DNA of 64,000 nucleotides, taken from positions 64,001 to 128,000 of the forward strand of contig JBHLNS010000002.1 of NCBI GenBank assembly GCA_048941285.1. The letters are read 5' to 3'. This DNA is from Promethearchaeota archaeon. Its GTDB lineage: Archaea; Asgardarchaeota; Lokiarchaeia; Sigyniarchaeales; SOKP01. This document shows, piece after piece, positions 31,813 through 39,706 of the stretch (the first letter of the stretch is position 1; each line of letters begins with the position of its first letter). A program made the translations under genes and the position numbers. The notes beneath the pieces are model-generated. The model made no database searches, was not told the origin of the DNA, and saw only the letters and a program-made list of their open reading frames with translations.

Positions 31813-34017
31813 TTACAGAATCTTCTTTAATTCTAATACTAAAGAGGAAGGATTGTATTTATCGAATTTATAAATGGTAGCGTTACCATATTTTTTAAAA
31901 TTCCTCTTAATTTGATCAGCAGAATAAGTATGAACTCCTAATGCGTGAGTTGCATAAGATTTTTTCGGTTCAAGTACAACTAGGTGGATATTTTGTTTTG
32001 ACAATTTTTTTGTTAATTCTTTTAATTCTTTTGTAATCAAGGTATAATCTGTTTCTACCTGCGCAATTAAATCGGGATATTTAACAGAGATATTTGCTCC
32101 GCAATCACTACAAATAAACACAATGGGGATAATATTTCTATCCTTTAACTTTTCTGTTTTTATTAATTCTGAAACTTTTTTTAATGCTGAGGCCATAGGT
32201 GTATAACTTTTTCCTTGTAACTTCTTTAATTTCCTAATAGCCATTTGAAAATTAACCGTTGGTTTTTGTAGAACCACTGCTTCTTTACCTCGAAAAATTA
32301 TTAAAGAAATTTTATCTCTTTTTCTATATCCTTCTCTATGAAGCGATAAAATTACATCTGTCATTTGTTTTATAACATAAAACATAGATGCTGAACTATC
32401 CAAAACAAAAAAGAGAGCTAAAGGTGCGCGATATTCATAAATTTTATCCATTAAATCATATTTATTAAAATGGATAGGAAAATCAACTTCAGTCTGATTA
32501 TATACAGCGTTTTTCAGATAATTTCTAATCGTCGCGTCTAACGCAATGCTTTTCGGCTCATCACGTATTGGGGTCCTGTATGATATATATCTTCCTTTCT
32601 GAGATGAAGAGATTTTAATTCTTCTACCAATTCCTCTTCCCCCATAATCAGATATTTTTCTATCTTTTCTAATATTATCTAAAATCGAAGTCATCTTTTT
32701 TTCAATTTTGTATACAAATGGTAATGATCCATTTTTAGCATCAAAAAATTTAATATCATCATCAAGAGGTATATTCTTTACTTTCCATCCTCCTGCTGGT
32801 CTCGGATTTCGTTTTTGGTTATCTGGATATTTAGGAGGAGGTAATTTTTGTTCTTTAGATTCTGGAATATCAACCTTTTCTGGATCAACAGATTGACGTT
32901 TAAATTCATTTTGTGGCTCATCAGTATGTTTTAACGGGCCCTCTGTTTCTTTGTTGGGTAATAAGATCTGTGTGTTTTCGTATGCTTCTTTTATTTTGCC
33001 ATAGACTTCAGCAATCTTAGCTTTAATTTCTTTAGGTGTTAATTCATAATGGAGTGATTGAATTCTGTGTTCAAATACTAAATCCATGGCAACGTTTAAA
33101 TCACCTTCTGCTATGGTTCTTCTGTTATTTAAGGCAGCATGAGCTCTAGCGCATCTTATAAAAGTGATATCTGCTCTTTGTGAAAAAATTTCTAGCTCAT
33201 TTACAATTTTAGATACAAATTCATAAACAGAACTAGGGATCTGAACTTCTTTAAGGACTTTACGTGCATTGATTATTTTACTTCTTAATTCTTGCTGTTC
33301 AGAGTCATACTTTTTAATAAAATCTTTAGGATTATCATCAAATTCTATTACTCTTTTAGTTATTTCTGCTCTTAATTCTGAATCTCGAGGTGCTTTTATT
33401 GTGACCTCTAATCCAAGACGATCTGCAATTTGTGGTCTCAAATCACCTTCTTCAGGATTCATTGACCCCACCAACACAAATCTTGAAGGATGAGAAATTG
33501 AAATACCTTCTCTTTCTATAATGTTAACTCCTGAAGCAGCAGAATCTAATAAAACATCAACAATATGATCTTGAAGTAGATTTATCTCATCTACGTATAA
33601 AATACCACGATTTGCTTTTGCCAATAAACCAGGATGTAAAGCTCTAATCCCTTCAGTTAGTACCTTGTCTATTGATAAACTTCCACAAACCATGTCTTCT
33701 GTGACCCCTAAGGGGAGATTAACCAATAACATATCCCGAAATTCAGTATCAATTTTACTTTTATCCTTTTTTTCAATACAATTTTGACATAAATTATCAA
33801 TATCAGAATTAGGATCACATGAAAATTCACAATCTTTAATCACTTCAATTTTTGGCATTAATTCAACGAGTGATCTCACAGCAGTACTTTTTCCAGTTCC
33901 TTGTTGACCTGTTAACAAGATTCCCCCAATTTGAGGGTCAATTACATTTAAAACTAAGCCCATTTTCATTTTGTCTTGCCCAAGTATTGCTGTAAATGGA
34001 AAGTTTATTTTTTTCAT
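31813..34017 (-). CDS. chelatase ChlI/ChlD-type AAA+ ATPase fused to vWA domain
   Basis: FPFTAILGQ, GTGKST, PGLLAKANRGILYVDEINLL, MNPEEGDLRPQIADR, Pro-rich linker, MIDAS DSSASM. Confidence 0.88.
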   Translation of the reverse strand: MKKINFPFTAILGQDKMKMGLVLNVIDPQIGGILLTGQQGTGKSTAVRSLVELMPKIEVIKDCEFSCDPNSDIDNLCQNCIEKKDKSKIDTEFRDMLLVNLPLGVTEDMVCGSLSIDKVLTEGIRALHPGLLAKANRGILYVDEINLLQDHIVDVLLDSAASGVNIIEREGISISHPSRFVLVGSMNPEEGDLRPQIADRLGLEVTIKAPRDSELRAEITKRVIEFDDNPKDFIKKYDSEQQELRSKIINARKVLKEVQIPSSVYEFVSKIVNELEIFSQRADITFIRCARAHAALNNRRTIAEGDLNVAMDLVFEHRIQSLHYELTPKEIKAKIAEVYGKIKEAYENTQILLPNKETEGPLKHTDEPQNEFKRQSVDPEKVDIPESKEQKLPPPKYPDNQKRNPRPAGGWKVKNIPLDDDIKFFDAKNGSLPFVYKIEKKMTSILDNIRKDRKISDYGGRGIGRRIKISSSQKGRYISYRTPIRDEPKSIALDATIRNYLKNAVYNQTEVDFPIHFNKYDLMDKIYEYRAPLALFFVLDSSASMFYVIKQMTDVILSLHREGYRKRDKISLIIFRGKEAVVLQKPTVNFQMAIRKLKKLQGKSYTPMASALKKVSELIKTEKLKDRNIIPIVFICSDCGANISVKYPDLIAQVETDYTLITKELKELTKKLSKQNIHLVVLEPKKSYATHALGVHTYSADQIKRNFKKYGNATIYKFDKYNPSSLVLELKKIL

Positions 34018-34144
34018 CTTTATTACCCCAATCTAAAAATTATATATGATCTATATTTTCAATAATCGTTTAATTAAACAAAAAAAAGCGTAATCAAATA
34101 AAAATTTATCAAAATTAAAAATAAGATGAAAATTATTATAAAAA

Positions 34145-35101
34145 TTAAAATTTCTTCGATAAAGTTTTTAATTTTTTATCCAATCCAGTTACTTCTTCGT
34201 CCCATTTGTGTAGAATGATCTCAATTTTTGGAATAATAGGTTCTTTTTCTTTATATTCCAAATAATCCATAAAATCTTTAATATTCTCAATCCTAACATA
34301 AGTTTCCGCAACAAATTTTCGAATTTCTTGAGCTTGCGATTTAAGAACTTCAGGAATCCTTTTCTTTTCGCCACGATGAGTTAGTGTGGTCAAATATTCT
34401 TCTGTTCCCATTAATAAAGAATTAAATTCGTTTATTTTATCATTAACAAATTTTTCATAAGTTTCTGGAATATTACTTCTTGGAAAAAAACTTGTAATAT
34501 CTATAATAAATTTCTGAGTTGAACTAATCAATTGTTCCATACTCTCGTATCCCTCTATTTTATAATCCACTGAGTGATAGGAGGCTTCGAGACCTCGATT
34601 AATATCGTCCAGTCTAAATATTTTAAAACCTGGATCGTTTTTCAGTTGTTTATCTGGATCTCCCTTTTTATCTGCTACTTCAATCTGGCGTACTAACCTA
34701 GTTGGGTTAAAAACAAGTGAAATTGCCAGAGGATTATTCTGTTGGTAAGAAAGTGTAGTACGGATGTCAATATGACTCATCATTACTTTAAAACCTGGAT
34801 GTGAATGCCACCATCCGATAACAAATTCAGGAGGATCCTTCGAAAATGCTAAATCATCTATTATATACAAGGCTTCATAATCTTCGTCTGCCCATTTATA
34901 TTGATCAATTACAGCGTCTTTATCTAACTCTTGATGCATGATTGGGAAAGCTTCAGAAATAAAAACATCTTCACCATCATTTCGGCCTGTGAAAATTCCA
35001 CTAACTTCTAACCATTCATCCTTCGGAATACGTGCGTTAGCATATCTAACAGCCGCAGCTACTATCGTTAAATAAACTTTTTTAGGGATTATAACAGTCA
35101 T
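34145..35101 (-). CDS. MPN+/JAMM metalloprotease (Rpn11/CSN5-like) with helical C-terminus
   Basis: EVSG; VIGWWHSHPGFKVMMSHID = intact H-x-H-x7-S-x2-D. Confidence 0.88.
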   Translation of the reverse strand: MTVIIPKKVYLTIVAAAVRYANARIPKDEWLEVSGIFTGRNDGEDVFISEAFPIMHQELDKDAVIDQYKWADEDYEALYIIDDLAFSKDPPEFVIGWWHSHPGFKVMMSHIDIRTTLSYQQNNPLAISLVFNPTRLVRQIEVADKKGDPDKQLKNDPGFKIFRLDDINRGLEASYHSVDYKIEGYESMEQLISSTQKFIIDITSFFPRSNIPETYEKFVNDKINEFNSLLMGTEEYLTTLTHRGEKKRIPEVLKSQAQEIRKFVAETYVRIENIKDFMDYLEYKEKEPIIPKIEIILHKWDEEVTGLDKKLKTLSKKF

Positions 35102-35353
35102 TTTATACTCTCCATTTATTTAAAGAAAAGCTTTTTACAAATTAATACAAATTTTGCTATTTATGTGTTTTTAATCACAAAACAGAAATTAGAGAATTCA
35201 CCATTTTATTAATCGTTCAAGTGTCATTTTATCGAAAAAGATTTTTTAATTCTAAAACTAAATTTTGCCATAAATAGGAAATAATTTAAATTCATAATTT
35301 TTCATTATAATATTACTCAAATCATAAAATAACTATTAAAGAAGTGAATTAAG

Positions 35354-36001
35354 TTGGCCGAGATTGGCTTTGTGCCCCTTTCTTCTCAGCTTGGTGTCGC
35401 TGGAACAAGTTATAGAATTCAATTGGGAGAAATTAATGAGAAATGGGCAGTGCGCTTATTAAAAGGAAAAGAAGTAATTGATTCATATGTTTTTAAAGAG
35501 GAAGATGTCCAAGGAGATTTTCCAAACCAAAATATTATCGTAGGATGGGTTCTTAGAACTGTGGCAATTCCTAATATTAATCCACATCAAATAATGAAGA
35601 CAACTCAAGCGCTAGTTAAACAAGCAATGAAGAATAAAGAAGAAAAAAAGCTGAAACCTCCCGTTTCAGAAGCTCAAGAAATTGAATTAACAGCTGTTCC
35701 TGAAAGAGAATTAAAAAGACCTCAAGTTCAAGGATGGTTAAAAAGTGAAGATGCAAAATCACAAACAGAAATTGAAGAGGAGCGACGACAAGCCTTTAAA
35801 GCAAGTGTAATGGCAAAAAAGGCAGAAGCCCAAGAATCAGCTTCAACTATTAAAACAACCAGACAATTGCCTTCAATACCTAAAGAGGGGGCACAAGTAA
35901 CAGAGACTGAGGAGAAAGAAGGAGAATTTTGTCCATATTGTGGTAAAGATTTAGGATTTATATTTTGTCCCTTCTGTGGAAAACGCCTTCCGCATGAATA
36001 A
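35354..36001 (+). CDS. protein with globular N-terminus, charged linker and C-terminal zinc ribbon (two CxxC)
   Basis: FCPYCGK..FCPFCGK; TTG start. Confidence 0.8.
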   Translation: MAEIGFVPLSSQLGVAGTSYRIQLGEINEKWAVRLLKGKEVIDSYVFKEEDVQGDFPNQNIIVGWVLRTVAIPNINPHQIMKTTQALVKQAMKNKEEKKLKPPVSEAQEIELTAVPERELKRPQVQGWLKSEDAKSQTEIEEERRQAFKASVMAKKAEAQESASTIKTTRQLPSIPKEGAQVTETEEKEGEFCPYCGKDLGFIFCPFCGKRLPHE

Positions 36002-36184
36002 AAAGAAAAGTTTCTATTTCTGCTTATATATTATGATTTTATTATCATTAAATTAACAGGATTTATGAGCTAATATAAAAATTAGATTTAAATTCTATTC
36101 TATTATTCAAATATTTAAAGTCAAATAAACTATATATATATCATTAATTAATTATATCTAAATCTAATAAATTTGTGAGTAACT

Positions 36185-37660
36185 TTGACCTCTGAGAAAA
36201 GTGTAATTATTAAACCCGACGCTTACTATAAGATGCTCCTTCACGTTCTTCGGTTTGGTAATAAAGCAAGAGACCGTAGGCAATTTAGAGAATGTATGGG
36301 CATTCTCATAGGGCATTTAGAGGGTGAACCAGATAAGAAAGGAATAAGGGACGTAATAATTGAGGAAGTCGTCCCGATTTCCCATGGCGGAGCAATAGAA
36401 GTCGCTTTTGCTCCAGAGGATTACGTTACGTTTTCTATGGTTGATGCAAATTATGCAGAAAAAGGATGGTTTAGCTGTGGATGGTACCATAGCCACCCCG
36501 GTCTTGAAATATTTTTTTCTAGCACAGATATAAGAAACCAACTTGGTTGGCAAACTCCGAATCCGAGTGCAATTGGTATTGTTTTTGATCACACGTATTT
36601 GGAAAAACCTGGAGATCTTGGATTTCGCACTTTTAGATTAGATAATCCTAATAAAGGTCAAATGTCAGGTTATCATGAGGTAAAATCGACAGTAGAGCCC
36701 CCCGATAGTATTGAATATTATCTAAAATTAATAGAATTGATAAATTATGTACATTCTCAAGAGCCACCTATATTAGAAATTAATGAAATGCCTGATATAT
36801 TCGGAGATATAGCATTTCCAAGTGAAAGCCAAATTATGGCAAAAAAAGTGGGTTTAAACACAAATTTAATAATTGATACTCTTAAAAATGGTATATCAGA
36901 ATTTTTTGAAATATCTCTCAGACCTTTAATTACTATACTTAACTCTTGGAGTGGGAATATGACAAGATCTATAGTAGAGAATAATCTGCAAATGAGAAAA
37001 GATCTTATTAAAATAAAGGATGTTCTCAGTGAGGGAATTTCAAGTTTACAAAAGGATTTTAAATTTTCATTAAGAGAAAAATTAAATGAACTTGATATGT
37101 ATATTGATGATAAATTTGAAGAATTTGATTCAAATCAAGAATTTTTCAAAACAACCTTTAATCAAATTATAATAGAAATCAACCAACAATTTGATATTTT
37201 ATTTGAACAAGAATTAAAAAGCAGTATAAATAAAATACTAGATTCCATTAATAATTACGCCAATAAATTGGGAGAAATTAATAGCAAAACGTTAGAAACT
37301 TCTGAAAACTTACATTCAATTATGGAACTAGTTGAAAATTTAACAAAAGGCATTAATTTGATGGAAAATTCGTCTTGGGATGTTTTAGAAAGGAAGATTG
37401 GACAATTATCTGAATTATATACAAAAAATTCTAACAGGCTTATAGGTAATTTTATTAATCTCAGTAAAGACTCAAAAAGTTTTCTTTCAGATTTAAAAGC
37501 AGCCATAATATTATTAGAAAGCTCAAAAACCCCAATACAAAATAAAATTGATACACTTGAAATTGAAAATAAGACACTTCAAAAAAGTTTAGCAGAATTA
37601 AAAAAACAAAATGAGGAATTATCAGGTAAGATTAAAAACTATGAAAAGGGAGGAGAATAG
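36185..37660 (+). CDS. MPN+/JAMM metalloprotease with long coiled-coil tail
   Basis: ECMGILIG; GWYHSHPGLEIFFSSTD intact JAMM; heptad-rich C-terminal half. Confidence 0.88.
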   Translation: MTSEKSVIIKPDAYYKMLLHVLRFGNKARDRRQFRECMGILIGHLEGEPDKKGIRDVIIEEVVPISHGGAIEVAFAPEDYVTFSMVDANYAEKGWFSCGWYHSHPGLEIFFSSTDIRNQLGWQTPNPSAIGIVFDHTYLEKPGDLGFRTFRLDNPNKGQMSGYHEVKSTVEPPDSIEYYLKLIELINYVHSQEPPILEINEMPDIFGDIAFPSESQIMAKKVGLNTNLIIDTLKNGISEFFEISLRPLITILNSWSGNMTRSIVENNLQMRKDLIKIKDVLSEGISSLQKDFKFSLREKLNELDMYIDDKFEEFDSNQEFFKTTFNQIIIEINQQFDILFEQELKSSINKILDSINNYANKLGEINSKTLETSENLHSIMELVENLTKGINLMENSSWDVLERKIGQLSELYTKNSNRLIGNFINLSKDSKSFLSDLKAAIILLESSKTPIQNKIDTLEIENKTLQKSLAELKKQNEELSGKIKNYEKGGE

Positions 37661-37665
37661 TTGAA

Positions 37666-39033
37666 ATGAATGAAAAGAACCCGAATAATAAATCTAGCAA
37701 CGTAAACGTCTTTATAAAAAAAGAAGCTTTTAGGAATATGCTAACTCATGTTTTGCGTTTTGGGAGTGAAGTATTAGAAAATAGTGTTGAAGTAATGGGT
37801 ATGTGTTTAGGGAAATTCGACTTAACAGATAACAAAATAATTGTAGATAATGCCATTCCTATAATGCATGGTACACCAGTATCAATAGGATTTTCTAAAA
37901 AAGAAGTTGATTTAATCCAACAAATTGAGAATCAATATAAAAAAACAATTGTAGGTTGGTACCTTTCAAGACCAGGATGGGGACTGGATTTTACAGAAAT
38001 CACGATTGCAAATCATCAATATTTCCAAAATGAGAAATTTCCTCAAGGATTCTGTATAATTTTTGATCATACTTTAATCGGATTAGATGGTAATTTTGGT
38101 TTTGAAATCTTTCAATTGAATAATTATACTAAAACAGAAAAATATACTAGTTTATCATGTGAAATTGAAATTCCCTCTACATTAGAGTATTTTAAGTGGA
38201 TTCAGAAGTTTATGGAAGATTTTAATAAGAAAAACCCTATTCTAATTAAAGAAGTAAATGAAATTGTTGATCAGGTGCCGGGAGATCTTCAGGAGATTCC
38301 AAATACTGAAATAACAGAACAAATTGTGGAGGAATTAGGAAAACATACTGAGCTAACTTCCATTATTTCTGGATTTAAACAGGGTTCTGACAAATTTTCT
38401 CAGATTTTTATGGAAACTTTTCAGCATCAATTAGGGGATTGGATTAACGATATTGAGCAAGGTAATACACGAGGTATAGAATATATTACTAAATCAGTTG
38501 ATAAGATGAAGCAGGCAGTAGTAGCAGGACTTTTAAAGGGAAGTGGATGGTTTAAGAAGACCTTAAATGAATCTTTATATGAATTTAAGAATTCTATATA
38601 TAAATATGTGGAAAAAAGAATAGAGGAACAACAGCAAATCACAGAAGAAATTTCAAATGGTAAAGAAAATCTCGTAAATAATCTAAAAAATCTCATTGGA
38701 GGAAAAATAGAGAATATAGATTCTGAAATAGTAAATTTAACTACCTCTCTAGATCAAAAGTTTGACGAAACTTCCCAGATCAATATTAAAATGGAAGATC
38801 TAATAAAGAAATTGGAAAATAATTTACTCACGATTAATAACCAGACAAATTTATTCACTCAAGAGATTGAAAAGAAAGTAGAATCATCATTAGAACCTTT
38901 ACAGACTAATATTAATGAAAAAACAGAAAAACTGAGTGGAGAATTGGATCCTTTCAGGAATAACTACTCAGAAATACGGACTTTTCTCGATAAACTCCAA
39001 AAAATAATAACTGAATTTCGGAATTTAACTTAA
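37666..39033 (+). CDS. MPN- (inactive JAMM) protein with long coiled-coil tail
   Basis: EVMGMCLG; VGWYLSRPGWGLDFTEIT with both His and the Asp replaced; clearly paralogous to 36185-37660. Confidence 0.85.
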   Translation: MNEKNPNNKSSNVNVFIKKEAFRNMLTHVLRFGSEVLENSVEVMGMCLGKFDLTDNKIIVDNAIPIMHGTPVSIGFSKKEVDLIQQIENQYKKTIVGWYLSRPGWGLDFTEITIANHQYFQNEKFPQGFCIIFDHTLIGLDGNFGFEIFQLNNYTKTEKYTSLSCEIEIPSTLEYFKWIQKFMEDFNKKNPILIKEVNEIVDQVPGDLQEIPNTEITEQIVEELGKHTELTSIISGFKQGSDKFSQIFMETFQHQLGDWINDIEQGNTRGIEYITKSVDKMKQAVVAGLLKGSGWFKKTLNESLYEFKNSIYKYVEKRIEEQQQITEEISNGKENLVNNLKNLIGGKIENIDSEIVNLTTSLDQKFDETSQINIKMEDLIKKLENNLLTINNQTNLFTQEIEKKVESSLEPLQTNINEKTEKLSGELDPFRNNYSEIRTFLDKLQKIITEFRNLT

Positions 39034-39041
39034 AATTTAAT

Positions 39042-39320
39042 TTAAACAAATTCTAATTTAGAAACTTTAGAAATATGTAATTTATATTTAGGAATATTGG
39101 TATTTAATCTCTTTAATTCATTTAACTTGGCTATTTTACTTAGAATTCGCCCTATTTTATCAACCTTTATATCGACACCAAAAGATTCCTTCAAAACGCT
39201 ATTAATTTTATAAGAAGAGAGGATTACAACACTTGAGATATTTTTTTCACAGAGTAACTCAATTGCTCTCCTAACTAACTGAATAAGTGTTTCTCTGCTT
39301 TGGTTTTGATTTATATCCAT
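39042..39320 (-). CDS. small basic winged-helix-like protein
   Basis: 92 aa; KIGRILSKIAKLNEL helix followed by a wing-like strand. Confidence 0.6.
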   Translation of the reverse strand: MDINQNQSRETLIQLVRRAIELLCEKNISSVVILSSYKINSVLKESFGVDIKVDKIGRILSKIAKLNELKRLNTNIPKYKLHISKVSKLEFV

Positions 39321-39415
39321 TTTTATAATAAAGTAATGATATAACTATACTTAATTGTTATATTTGAAAGTTTTTAAAATTTACAATATAAAAATAAACT
39401 ATCATTATTATTGTA

Positions 39416-39627
39416 TCAGTCAATTTCATTTATGTCTACAATTTGATAACCCTGTACTAAAAAAATTTTATCAATTAGTGCTTGAAATCGTTGATCAAAT
39501 ATCAACCTTTATGAATAAAAACTGTCGTTAAGTCTCCTTTCTTCTCTAAAATAGGAGATTTTGGAAAGGGAAGTATTTTTTCAGTTCTATATACTGGGCA
39601 AATCATTTTAATTTCAATAAGATCCAT
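39416..39627 (-). pseudogene. frameshifted small Zn-ribbon-type gene
   Basis: GGAGG SD; MDLIEIKMICPVYRTEKILPFPKSPILEKKGDLTTVFIHKG then -1 shift to LIFDQRFQALIDKIFLVQGYQIVDINEID*; 212 nt. Confidence 0.6.
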
Positions 39628-39706
39628 TAATACACCCTCCCCTTTTATGAAATTTTAAATGTTCTCACATACAACATATAATTATAATAACTTTTTAATT
39701 TTAAAT

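Noticed and set aside
31813-34017. Magnesium chelatase implying chlorophyll synthesis
   Set aside because: ChlI/D-like AAA+/vWA proteins are common in non-phototrophic archaea; no ChlH/CobN or bch genes in the window
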